From: an uncultured Candidatus Berkelbacteria bacterium
GTDB taxonomy: Bacteria; Patescibacteriota; UBA1384; CAILIB01
Direction of reading: 5' to 3'
NCBI GenBank assembly: GCA_903834195.1
Contig: CAILIB010000033.1
Span: forward strand, 1-52,634
DNA length: 52,634 nt
The translations under genes and the position numbers were made by a program. This document shows positions 36,085-44,552 of this stretch, piece by piece (position 1 is the stretch's first letter; every line of letters begins with the position of its first letter). The notes below the pieces were generated by a model. The model did no database searches, was not told where the DNA came from, and worked only from the letters and a program-made list of their open reading frames with translations.

Positions 36085-36789
36085 ATGACAATACTTCGCA
36101 AAGGGATATTAATTGGATTAGGTTTTATACTTGTCGGATCGGCAGGGTTAGTATCGTATAATAAATGGCAAAAAAATAAGCATGTCAGCCTTGTTTCAAT
36201 TGGTTCACAAACGTATCCAATAGTAGTTCTCGGAGATAGTTTAGCTGCTGGCGTTGGCTCTAGTAGTACTGGTACTAATTTTGCTGGTCAAATACTTGAT
36301 AAAATTCGTACTAAGCAATCTGGTGCCACAATGTACAACCTTGGACTGAGTGGAGCACGGATTGGGGATGTGCGGGATGGTCAGGTTGACCAAGTAGCGG
36401 CTTTGAAACCTCAAATCATTTTTCTCATAATTGGTACAAATGATGTAATTCATTCAACAGGAGAGAATAGTTTTAGTTCTGATTACGACTCGGTAATTCA
36501 GACGCTTTCCAAACAAGGCGTGCCTATAGTGGTATGTAATATTCCTGATTTCTCATTAACTCCAATAATCCCTAGTTCACTTCAGCACCTGGCGGATCAC
36601 CAAACCGGAGTATTTAATGGTATTATTGATGATGTAATAAAAAATAACAGCTTGGTGAGAGAGTTTGATTTCTACACACTTTCCAAAACATTACTAACTA
36701 ATTCAGTACTAATTTCTGCTGATGGGTTTCATCCGAATGATGCTGGATATGCGCAATTGGCAAATAGTGTCTGGGATTACATTCAATAA
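36085..36789 (+). CDS. SGNH/GDSL-family hydrolase, membrane-anchored
   Basis: N-terminal TM helix. Block I VVLGDSLAAG, block III GTNDV, block V DGFHPN. ATG 36085 chosen. Confidence 0.8.
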   Translation: MTILRKGILIGLGFILVGSAGLVSYNKWQKNKHVSLVSIGSQTYPIVVLGDSLAAGVGSSSTGTNFAGQILDKIRTKQSGATMYNLGLSGARIGDVRDGQVDQVAALKPQIIFLIIGTNDVIHSTGENSFSSDYDSVIQTLSKQGVPIVVCNIPDFSLTPIIPSSLQHLADHQTGVFNGIIDDVIKNNSLVREFDFYTLSKTLLTNSVLISADGFHPNDAGYAQLANSVWDYIQ

Positions 36790-36792
36790 TGT

Positions 36793-37563
36793 ATGCTGAA
36801 CACCTCAAATTCAAATAGACCAACATTGGCACACCGTATTCATACACGCTTTAAAGCGTATGCGCCGAAAGATGCTTCGTTATTTGTTGAATATCCAAAG
36901 CCGACTTCAGAAGACAGAGTACTCTTTTTTGCGCCACATCCTGATGATGAGGCTTTAGCGGCTGGTGGGTATCTCCATCAGGCGGTGAAGATGGGGGCAT
37001 TGTGTACTGTGGTATTAGTTACTGATGGTAATCGACGCGGTCTTAAAGAGATTCGTTCCCGTGAATTTAACGCTGTGCTTGCTGCTCTTGGAATTCCTAC
37101 TGAAAATGCAGTTTGTCTTGAGTATGTGAATGGAAATTTACATTTGGAAAATGTAAATGAATTGCAGAAACGGTTCCAAGATATTGTTGATTTTGCAAAA
37201 CCTACAGTAGTTATTGCTCCACATCTTTCTGACCTGCATCGAGAGCATAAAGTAATTTCTGAAGTAGTTCGAGAGATTCATGAATTGAAACCAAGCTTTG
37301 ATTTGCTTCAGTATTTGATTCATTACCCACCACATTATCCATGGCCACGCCGATTAGCGCCGACGGCTCCATTGCTTCCACCAGTAAATCTAAGTTTAAA
37401 TACTTCTGAATGGGTGTTATTTCCCTTAACTCCTGATGAAGTGTCTCATAAACAATCTGTAGTTGAGTTATATCCGTCACAGCTCAAGACTCCGATTCTT
37501 AAGAGTCTAATGTACTCACTGGTTCGTTCGAATGAGTTATTTCGTATTTTGCCCAAAAAATAA
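36793..37563 (+). CDS. PIG-L/LmbE-family N-acetylglucosaminyl deacetylase
   Basis: VLFFAPHPDDEALAAGG signature and a downstream HxxH-type region (HREHKV). Confidence 0.85.
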   Translation: MLNTSNSNRPTLAHRIHTRFKAYAPKDASLFVEYPKPTSEDRVLFFAPHPDDEALAAGGYLHQAVKMGALCTVVLVTDGNRRGLKEIRSREFNAVLAALGIPTENAVCLEYVNGNLHLENVNELQKRFQDIVDFAKPTVVIAPHLSDLHREHKVISEVVREIHELKPSFDLLQYLIHYPPHYPWPRRLAPTAPLLPPVNLSLNTSEWVLFPLTPDEVSHKQSVVELYPSQLKTPILKSLMYSLVRSNELFRILPKK

Positions 37564-37572
37564 TATTCTGAT

Positions 37573-38724
37573 ATGCGCATTGCTGTAATTACTGAGCCAT
37601 ATTTGCCAAATATTTCAGGAGTTGTTGTCTTTGCTCGTCAGTTAGCAGTAGGCCTAAAAGAAGCGGGGCATGACGTAATAATTCTTTCAGCAAGTCCAAC
37701 ACGTAAACCATATGTTGAAACAATTGAAGGTATTACTGTATACCGAATTCGTTCAATTCCTAATCCTTGGCGGCGTAAATTTCGGCTTGTAGTTCGGCAA
37801 GAGAGAACTGTAAATCGTATTTTGCAGTCGTTCAATCCTGACGTAATCCATGTGCAGGACCCAGGTGGATCGGGTGCTGCCTCATTAAAGTATGCAAAAA
37901 AGAATGGTATCCCTTCAATTGGGACGTATCATTTTACCTTGCAATTTGTGACTCACTACTTCCCGTTTAGTAGAATGCTTTCAAACAACTGGAAGCCTCT
38001 TATTCGAATGTACTGTAATAACTTTTATAATGAATGCACAGTTATTACGTGTCCCACCGAAACAGTTCGTCAAGATTTACTAGAACAGGGGTTAATTCCT
38101 CAGGTGAAAGTGATCTCAAATGGAATTGAAACGTCTTCACCACTTTCAATACAGCAGCGTACAGCTTGGGGAGATGGGCCAGTTAAACTCTTGTTTGTTG
38201 GTCGAATAGATGAGGATAAAAATATTCCAATGTTATTGCGTGCATTTCCACTCATTTTAGCGAAGCGGAATGTCAAATTAACTATAGTTGGACAGGGGAA
38301 TAAGTTAGCGGCGTATGAGAAGTGGGTTTCGAAGCATGGTCTCGATGAATACATTCATTTTACAGGTGCATTAACACCTCGGGGTGATGAAATAGTTTCT
38401 GAGTATGCACAGGCACACGTATTCGTTATGCCATCACTCATTGAAACTCAAAGTATTGTGACAATGGAAGCAATGGTTGCTGCGATGCCTATTGTGGCTG
38501 CGCGAGCTGGTGCATTGCCTGAGTTAATTAAAAATGGGGTGAATGGCATGCTTGTATGGCCGGTAACAGCACGTGCTTTTGCAGACAGTGTGGTGCGAAT
38601 GTTAAAGGATGAAACTGCTGCAAATGCAATGGGACAGGTTGCGCGGGAGAGTGTACAGGAACATTCTTTGGAGAAAACTATTGAGAGATTTGTTGATCTA
38701 TACCGAGAAGTTCAAAAAAAATAA
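37573..38724 (+). CDS. Glycosyltransferase family 4
   Basis: MRIAVITEPYLPNISGVVVFARQLAVGL (GT4 N-terminus). C-terminal half LLFVGRIDEDKN...PSLIETQSIVTMEAMVAAMPIVA. Confidence 0.85.
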   Translation: MRIAVITEPYLPNISGVVVFARQLAVGLKEAGHDVIILSASPTRKPYVETIEGITVYRIRSIPNPWRRKFRLVVRQERTVNRILQSFNPDVIHVQDPGGSGAASLKYAKKNGIPSIGTYHFTLQFVTHYFPFSRMLSNNWKPLIRMYCNNFYNECTVITCPTETVRQDLLEQGLIPQVKVISNGIETSSPLSIQQRTAWGDGPVKLLFVGRIDEDKNIPMLLRAFPLILAKRNVKLTIVGQGNKLAAYEKWVSKHGLDEYIHFTGALTPRGDEIVSEYAQAHVFVMPSLIETQSIVTMEAMVAAMPIVAARAGALPELIKNGVNGMLVWPVTARAFADSVVRMLKDETAANAMGQVARESVQEHSLEKTIERFVDLYREVQKK

Positions 38725-38786
38725 TATAATTAATATTATTTTAATAAATTATTACTATGATCTACGTAATAGTAATACACATCTGA

Positions 38787-39470
38787 ATGCGCTTGCTTGT
38801 TGTTGATGATGACACTACCATTACCTCTGCTCTACAAAACCTGCTAAAGCGGACGTATTCTGTTGATACGTCATTTACAGCTACTGATGCACTCTATCGT
38901 ATACAAATAAATTCATACGATGCAATTGTCTTAGATATGAATTTACCTGATATGTCAGGTACTGAAGTATGTCATGCCTTGCGCAGTCAGGGTATTTCTA
39001 TTCCAATTTTGATGCTTACAGGACTCGGAGAAATTGACCATAAAGTTCTTGCATTAGACTCTGGAGCTGATGATTATCTTACAAAGCCGTTTAGCTCAGA
39101 GGAGTTGGAGGCTCGACTACGCGCACTTATGCGTCGTCCATCAGAAGTAGTATCAAACGTTCTTGTTTTAGAAGATTTACAACTCGATACGGTTCATAGA
39201 ACAGTGTATCGAGCTGGGAATCTTTTAACATTGCGAAAGAAAGAATTTGAGCTGTTAGAATATTTGCTTCGAAACAAAAATAGGGCGGTTACACGTACGA
39301 TGATTCTTGAGCATGTCTGGGACGATTCAGCAGATCCGTACTCAAATACCGTAGACGTTCACATTAAGTACATCCGAGATCGCGTAGATAAGGGGTATAT
39401 ACATAAATTAATTCACACGGTGAGCGGAGTGGGCTACATGGCGGGTGTACGCTCGCGTTCACGCGACTGA
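38787..39470 (+). CDS. OmpR-family response regulator
   Basis: Receiver domain (LLVVDDD, VLDMNLPDMSG, KPF) plus winged-helix output (LTLRKKEFELLEYLL...VDVHIKYIRDRV). Confidence 0.92.
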   Translation: MRLLVVDDDTTITSALQNLLKRTYSVDTSFTATDALYRIQINSYDAIVLDMNLPDMSGTEVCHALRSQGISIPILMLTGLGEIDHKVLALDSGADDYLTKPFSSEELEARLRALMRRPSEVVSNVLVLEDLQLDTVHRTVYRAGNLLTLRKKEFELLEYLLRNKNRAVTRTMILEHVWDDSADPYSNTVDVHIKYIRDRVDKGYIHKLIHTVSGVGYMAGVRSRSRD

Positions 39471-39486
39471 AAGGGGGTGGTATACT

Positions 39487-39606
39487 ATGAACGAAATGTT
39501 AACTTCAGTGTTGACGAGTGAGGAGATGCGCTCAAGCGAATCTCTACAAACGTTGGCAGCACAACTTGAAAAGCAGGCATATCAGCCTTGGCTGAATGTA
39601 GACTAA
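39487..39606 (+). CDS. Candidate unannotated small ORF (39 aa, acidic, no signal peptide) between the response regulator and the histidine kinase
   Basis: ATG 39487 lies 6 nt after AAGGGGGTGG. Translation: MNEMLTSVLTSEEMRSSESLQTLAAQLEKQAYQPWLNVD*. Below the cutoff of the supplied ORF track. Confidence 0.35.
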   Translation: MNEMLTSVLTSEEMRSSESLQTLAAQLEKQAYQPWLNVD

Positions 39607-39618
39607 GTTGGTAAGGGT

Positions 39619-39646
39619 GGGCGACACAACAATATAAGTGTCGCCC
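39619..39646 (+). terminator. 9-bp GC-rich hairpin after the small ORF (weak U-tract); possible attenuator or processing site
   Basis: GGGCGACAC-N10-GTGTCGCCC, followed by ATCTTCT. Confidence 0.35.
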
Positions 39647-39669
39647 ATCTTCTAAAAAACGCTTACGAA

Positions 39670-39972
39670 ATGAAACATCTAGATGGCACGAAGTATCGAG
39701 AGTATTTAAAAAGTAGAGAAGTTGCCTTGTCTTTTATTACTATTAGTACTTTTGTACTTAGTGCCATAGTAATGATTGTGTATTATGCATTCCATCTTGC
39801 AGGTGGTCAGCCTGGTACTGGTGTGGGTTATTTTGGCATTACAGTAATATTTCTCTTTTTTGCACTACTTCTATGGCTTAAAAAAACGCGGATCAGTGTT
39901 TTTTGTGGCGTATTCTCTTGTGGCAATATTTTCACTTATCATGGTGTGGCTTGTTGCAAGTTCAGGTTTTGA
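39670..39972 (+). CDS. N-terminal membrane fragment (2 TM) of the sensor histidine kinase; the frame is broken at the homopolymers T6 (39856-39861) / A7 (39880-39886)
   Basis: Sensible TM sequence up to ...VIFLFFALLLWLKK, then a Cys-rich out-of-frame-looking tail (TRISVFCGVFSCGNIFTYHGVACCKFRF*). Confidence 0.6.
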   Translation: MKHLDGTKYREYLKSREVALSFITISTFVLSAIVMIVYYAFHLAGGQPGTGVGYFGITVIFLFFALLLWLKKTRISVFCGVFSCGNIFTYHGVACCKFRF

Positions 39973-41062
39973 TGTCCCACAAGGGTTATTAGTATCAGCA
40001 CTTGTTATTTGTTTGATCAATATTTTACTACCAAGTAAACAGGGTGGGTTCTGGTCACTTTTCATTATTGGAATATACGGGCTGATTGCTGCATTACAGT
40101 TAGATGGCGTAATTAACCCTCGTCGCGATTGGCAGACTACCCTCCAATTTGGGGATGCTATTACATATGCAGGTACGCTTGCGCTTATTATTGCGGTCGC
40201 TTGGTTATTCAATCGTGAAATTGAAGTCGCCTTTCGTCGAGCTCTAAAATCAGAGTCTGACCTCAAAGAAGAACGTGATCAGTTGGAAGTACGTGTTGAA
40301 GAGCGCACTGCTCAATTAAAGCGCGTGCAATTTGAGCAAGTATTACAAGTGCATCGGTTTGCTGATGTGGGTAGACATACTAGTGGTCTATTGCACGATA
40401 TGGTAAACCCGCTAACTGGGCTCATGTTGCACGTTGAAGAGTTGTATGCGAAGAGTAAAGACGCAAAAGGTCCTGAGTTACATGCTGTTTCTGAATCAGC
40501 AAAAGAAGCCTTAGAAGCATCGCATAAGTTAGAGCAGTTTCTGACTGCGGCACGAAAACAAATTCGACAAGAAGAAGTTTCTTCGGATTTTTTTCCTGCA
40601 ATAGAAATTCAACATGTTATTGCAAGTCTTTCGTATCGATTACGCTTTCTAAAAGTTTCTGTGGAGTGTGATGTCGATAGTAAGCTGATGTTACATGGTA
40701 GCGCAGTTAAGTTTTACAAAGTACTCCAAAATCTTCTCAGTAATGCGATTGATTCGTATGAAGATATTGTAAACGATAAAGATAAGAAGCCCATTCTTGT
40801 ACGATTTAAGAAAAGCGGTTCAATGTTTGTGTTAGAAATTAAGGATTTTGGTGGAGGAATAGATCAAAAAGACTTGGAAAAGATTTTTCAACCCTTTTAT
40901 ACAACTAAAACAGATGACAAGGGGACTGGAATTGGCTTAACAATAGTGCGCGATATTATTCAGCGGGACATGAAAGGGGAAATTGATATTAGCTCCATTT
41001 TGGATAAAGGGACTACTGTCACCATTAAGCTCCCGATTAATGTCTTTCTTAAAAATAGATAG
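39860..41062 (+). CDS. Sensor histidine kinase (4 further TM helices + HisKA + HATPase_c); continuation of 39670..39972 in the +1 frame
   Basis: H-box GLLHDMVNPLTGL, N-box LQNLLSNAIDS, G1 DFGGGI, G2 GTGIGLTIV. The frame is open only from 39848. The TTG at 39860 is an ORF-finder artefact. Confidence 0.85.
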   Translation: MHYFYGLKKRGSVFFVAYSLVAIFSLIMVWLVASSGFDVPQGLLVSALVICLINILLPSKQGGFWSLFIIGIYGLIAALQLDGVINPRRDWQTTLQFGDAITYAGTLALIIAVAWLFNREIEVAFRRALKSESDLKEERDQLEVRVEERTAQLKRVQFEQVLQVHRFADVGRHTSGLLHDMVNPLTGLMLHVEELYAKSKDAKGPELHAVSESAKEALEASHKLEQFLTAARKQIRQEEVSSDFFPAIEIQHVIASLSYRLRFLKVSVECDVDSKLMLHGSAVKFYKVLQNLLSNAIDSYEDIVNDKDKKPILVRFKKSGSMFVLEIKDFGGGIDQKDLEKIFQPFYTTKTDDKGTGIGLTIVRDIIQRDMKGEIDISSILDKGTTVTIKLPINVFLKNR

Positions 41063-42891
41063 TGAAACGTATTGAGCAGGTTCGAAAGCAGATTATAAAA
41101 CAAATAGTTGCGCTACAGCGTGAGAATGGTTCATTTGCAAGTGTGTCGACACAGGTGGGGGACTTTAGCGATGCAGTAGTACGAAATAGTCCCTTTATTT
41201 CTTATTTGACACTTCAATTAATTGGCTCTCATTTGCCTAGTTCCCGTCGCCGCCGTGCATGTGAGTATATTCGACAACAGCGGACTAACTTGGGGTGCTA
41301 TGGATATTGGGAAATTGGATCAATTGAATCAAATACTGAACCATATCCTGATGACCTTGACGATACTGCGTCGGCATTAACCGCTTTAATTGAGTGTGGA
41401 GCAACGCTTACCGGTGAGGAGATTGGTGACTTTGTGTGTGCACTAACACATGTTGAATCAGTTGTTGGAGGTCCTTACCGCACCTGGTTGGTACCTCGAA
41501 ATTCTGCATCGGAGTGGCTTGATGTAGATCCTGTTGTAAATGCGAATATTGCATTCTGTTTAGGGAGGCTTGACTCTAGCTTGCCTAATTTGACTACGTA
41601 TCTTTCAGATATGCTTTCGAATAATACGTATTCTTCACCGTATTACACCACTCAACTTGCTTCACTCTTTTTTCTCTCACGTGTTGCTCAGCTTCCAAAA
41701 GATATAATAGGGGTTGTAAAAAATTGTAATTCAAACACAGTTCTAGCCCATGCTCTCCAGATGTCTATTCTGTTGCAATCGGGGGAAGCTGGGGGTTTGC
41801 AGGGTCATGTTTTAGCATTGTGCAAAGCCGATATAGGAAATCCAGAGTCATTTATAGTAGAAAGTGAGGTGTATACAGCTGGCTCAAAAGCACTTACGCT
41901 TGCGTTTGTTCACTATGCGCTCGGGTTATATGTACAACGTTTTCAAACCAATACAGTACATACTTTTACTTCAGAAAATGGAGTAGTTGTTGAAATTCAC
42001 ACAGAACTAGAACGGATATTTACGTCGTGGCCAGTTGAATTTCATGACCTAGCACTTAAAATGGTAGGAACATTTCTCGCATCACCTGATGGTATTCGAA
42101 TTGCGAATACTCCTAATCAATTTATCAAGCACCTTATTCGCAAGAATGAACTTCCATCAGGGTTAGACATACATTTGGGAGTTGCAACTGTTATAGGTTG
42201 GATGAGTTATACACTCCTTGATGATTTGTACGATGGAGATCAAAAGACTTTGGATACGCTTCCGTTAATAGTCTCGTTACAGCGAGAATTGACTCGTATG
42301 TACCGTGAGATCCTCCCTGATACTGATCTTGCGCAGTATTATAGTGAGGTAATGTTGCGAATTGATGCTGCTCAAGGGTGGGAATTAAGAGAAGCGCGCA
42401 TACGTAAGGGTACCTATATTCTGCCAAACTGGGGTACGCTTCAGGGGCTCTCAGATCGTTCATTTGGTCACGCATTAGGACCAATTGCAGTGTTGTTTGC
42501 ACTTGGATACGACAGAGCAAGTGAAGAAGTTAAAAAGCTTGAACAATATTTCACCTCATACCTTATTGCACGTCAGTTGAATGATGATATGCATGATTGG
42601 CAAGAAGATTTAGATCATGGAATTCTTACCGCGGTGAACACTGAGGTACTAAAAAGGTCGGCCCAAAGTAAGCGACAAAATGAAGAAATATTTTGGGTTG
42701 AAGTTGCCCCAAAATATGCACGGCGAATTCTGCGCGAGGTTCGCACTGCTAAATTGATGTATACCGATTTGAAAATATTTACAGGAACGTTTGATACAAC
42801 TGAATTGGACCGTCTCTCAAATGCGGCTCAACTATGCTTGAGGGAACGTTCTAAGACCCTTGCATTCATTCAAGCAGTTGTTAAAAAGTAG
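41062..42891 (+). CDS. Fusion protein: N-terminal prenyltransferase/squalene-cyclase-repeat (class II terpene cyclase-like, DxDDTA) domain plus C-terminal class I isoprenoid-synthase-like domain (DDxxD and NDxxxxxxE motifs)
   Basis: ALQRENGSF and QQRTNLGCYGYW QW-like repeats. PDDLDDTASALTAL at 41350-41370. LLDDLYDGD at 42220-42234. LNDDMHDWQED at 42580-42609. The GTG start overlaps the kinase stop codon (ATAGTGA). Confidence 0.5.
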   Translation: MKRIEQVRKQIIKQIVALQRENGSFASVSTQVGDFSDAVVRNSPFISYLTLQLIGSHLPSSRRRRACEYIRQQRTNLGCYGYWEIGSIESNTEPYPDDLDDTASALTALIECGATLTGEEIGDFVCALTHVESVVGGPYRTWLVPRNSASEWLDVDPVVNANIAFCLGRLDSSLPNLTTYLSDMLSNNTYSSPYYTTQLASLFFLSRVAQLPKDIIGVVKNCNSNTVLAHALQMSILLQSGEAGGLQGHVLALCKADIGNPESFIVESEVYTAGSKALTLAFVHYALGLYVQRFQTNTVHTFTSENGVVVEIHTELERIFTSWPVEFHDLALKMVGTFLASPDGIRIANTPNQFIKHLIRKNELPSGLDIHLGVATVIGWMSYTLLDDLYDGDQKTLDTLPLIVSLQRELTRMYREILPDTDLAQYYSEVMLRIDAAQGWELREARIRKGTYILPNWGTLQGLSDRSFGHALGPIAVLFALGYDRASEEVKKLEQYFTSYLIARQLNDDMHDWQEDLDHGILTAVNTEVLKRSAQSKRQNEEIFWVEVAPKYARRILREVRTAKLMYTDLKIFTGTFDTTELDRLSNAAQLCLRERSKTLAFIQAVVKK

Positions 42892-43357
42892 CTGATTGAA
42901 GTTTATCGAGTTCTTGAATAAGAAAATCACCGTGATTTTCAGGTTTAACATTAATATATGCAGCAGCAATAGTTCCTTTTGCATCTATGATGAATGTACT
43001 GCGTTCGATTCCCATGTATTTCTTCCCATACATACTTTTTTCAACCCACACACCAAAAAGTTCAGCAATTTGATGTTCACTATCTACGAGTAGTGTAAAT
43101 GGAAGTTGGTGGTTAGTTTTAAATTTAAGATGTGACTTTTCTGAATCTGGACTTATTCCATATATGGTCACAGTACGTTTGGAAAACGCTTCAGTATTGT
43201 CTCGGATTGAACAAGCTTGTGCGGTGCATCCGGATGTTTCATCTTTAGGGTAAAAATAAAGAATCGTCCAAGCATCGTGAAATGAGCTGCTTGAAATACT
43301 TTCACCAACTTCATTTTTGGCAGTAAATTCTGGAACTGGTTGACCTTGAGTAATCAT
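42881..43357 (-). CDS. bcp: Thiol peroxidase Bcp (peroxiredoxin Q type)
   Basis: FYPKDETSGCTAQACSIRD matches the Bcp active-site block. Confidence 0.85.
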   Translation of the reverse strand: MITQGQPVPEFTAKNEVGESISSSSFHDAWTILYFYPKDETSGCTAQACSIRDNTEAFSKRTVTIYGISPDSEKSHLKFKTNHQLPFTLLVDSEHQIAELFGVWVEKSMYGKKYMGIERSTFIIDAKGTIAAAYINVKPENHGDFLIQELDKLQSATF

Positions 43358-43459
43358 AAAAAGTGTTACAAATTCTTGGTTGAGTATACCAGAGTCTTAT
43401 TAATTACGTATCTATTGCTTTCCAAATGGGAAGGGGTATTCTTGTGCTAGAGGCATCTC

Positions 43460-43861
43460 ATGAAAGGAGGTGGATATGCAGTGACAAAGACAATGGCGAC
43501 TGTTTTCGGAGTAGTATTTCTTTTGGTAGGAATTCTTGGGTTTATCCCAGGAGTTACCAATGACAGTATGTTATTTGGGTTATTCCACGTTAATGTAGCA
43601 CATAATGTAGTCCACCTTCTTAGTGGTGCAATTGCACTATGGGCAGGTATGCAGAGTGCAGCATACTCAAAAACCTATTTCCAGGTATTTGGTGTAATTT
43701 ATGCACTTGTAGCAATTCTTGGTTTCGTTGTTGCAGATGGTGACGTTCTCGGATTCATCTCAAACAACACGGCTGATACATGGCTTCACGTTGTGATAGC
43801 TGTAATTGCACTTTACTTCGGTTTTGCAAGTATGAAGACTGATTCAGTAAAAGCAGCGTAA
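43460..43861 (+). CDS. DUF4383-like small membrane protein (4 TM)
   Basis: VFLLVGILGFIPGVT...LFHVNVAHNVVHLLSG pattern. True start uncertain: GTG 43481 or ATG 43493 sit better relative to AAAGGAGG at 43463-43470. Confidence 0.55.
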   Translation: MKGGGYAVTKTMATVFGVVFLLVGILGFIPGVTNDSMLFGLFHVNVAHNVVHLLSGAIALWAGMQSAAYSKTYFQVFGVIYALVAILGFVVADGDVLGFISNNTADTWLHVVIAVIALYFGFASMKTDSVKAA

Positions 43862-43869
43862 CTTCTGCT

Positions 43870-43912
43870 CTCCAACAAAAAAGCGCCGCATGAGCGGGCT
43901 TTTTTGTTGGAG
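43870..43912. terminator. Bidirectional intrinsic terminator
   Basis: CTCCAACAAAAAAGC...GCTTTTTTGTTGGAG, a 15-bp stem with built-in A/T tracts, between convergent genes. Confidence 0.8.
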
Positions 43913-43922
43913 TACTTAAAAT

Positions 43923-44552
43923 CTATTTGTTTTCTGGAGTCATTTCATGGAGTTCTGTGGTGGCAAGTTCTATGAAGTGTCGATCTTCACTTATTACAGT
44001 TGTAATAGAACAGTTGGTTGCCCAAATTAGTTTCTTAGGAGTGTTCTGAACAATATGCGCATCTAGTGCCCAAATGAGTCCTGCATGGGTTGCGAGCGCA
44101 ACTGTTTGGCCAGGATGGCTTTCATGTAGCTCATGAAGAAGGTTTCGTAAACGATGTTGAACATCTTCAAGTGGCTCGGCATTTGGAACACGAAAGTCGC
44201 CATTATATGCGCTAGTAGGGAAATGATACCCAGTATGAGTAAGATGGATCTCACTCGCTAACTTACCTTCCCAATCACCAAGATGGCGTTCCTTTAACTC
44301 GTTACGAATAATTATTCGTAAGCCGTGCGCAGTAGCAGTTGGGGTGATTGTGTTTATACAGCGTGATAGTGGTGAAGAATAAATGACATCAATTTCTTCA
44401 TCCTTAAGGTATCTTGTAAGGGTTTCAATTTGTTCAGCGGATTGTTCAGCGAGCGGTACTTCGCTATCTCCGGCATATCTGTGTTCGTTGTTCCATTGAG
44501 TCTGTGCGTGACGAACAAAAATAAAACGTGTTGTAGGGAGGTGGTGAGACAT
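43923..44552 (-). CDS. Histidine phosphatase (phosphoglycerate mutase-like) family protein
   Basis: RFIFVRHAQTQWN (RHG-type motif) and the distal ATHAGLI His. ATG 44552 chosen. Confidence 0.8.
   Translation of the reverse strand: MSHHLPTTRFIFVRHAQTQWNNEHRYAGDSEVPLAEQSAEQIETLTRYLKDEEIDVIYSSPLSRCINTITPTATAHGLRIIIRNELKERHLGDWEGKLASEIHLTHTGYHFPTSAYNGDFRVPNAEPLEDVQHRLRNLLHELHESHPGQTVALATHAGLIWALDAHIVQNTPKKLIWATNCSITTVISEDRHFIELATTELHEMTPENK

Noticed and set aside
38750-38777. Inverted repeat TATTACTA-N12-TAGTAATA upstream of the response-regulator gene as an operator.
   Set aside because: It sits in an extremely AT-rich spacer where such repeats arise by chance. OmpR-type regulators usually bind direct repeats. 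Noted but not reported as a feature.
901-40266. Many ORFs in the supplied track lie antisense to, or out of frame within, larger genes. Examples: 901..1089, 3289..3630, 4211..4426, 4911..5237, 6198..6416, 6810..7106, 8620..8835, 9512..9763, 9804..10199, 12128..12505, 15161..15391, 25902..26237, 26898..27191, 28324..28554, 30844..31195, 34478..34810, 35111..35470, 39871..40266.
   Set aside because: Each is fully embedded in a gene with strong family motifs on the other strand or frame. They have no RBS, show low-complexity or Cys/Arg-rich translations typical of non-coding frames, and carry no recognisable motif.
39487-42891. The 39-aa ORF plus the alpha/alpha-toroid-like protein as a lanthipeptide/RiPP precursor-cyclase pair.
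   Set aside because: The peptide has no Cys. The large protein shows no LanC-type Zn ligand motifs or dehydratase domain, and its Asp-rich motifs fit terpene synthases better.
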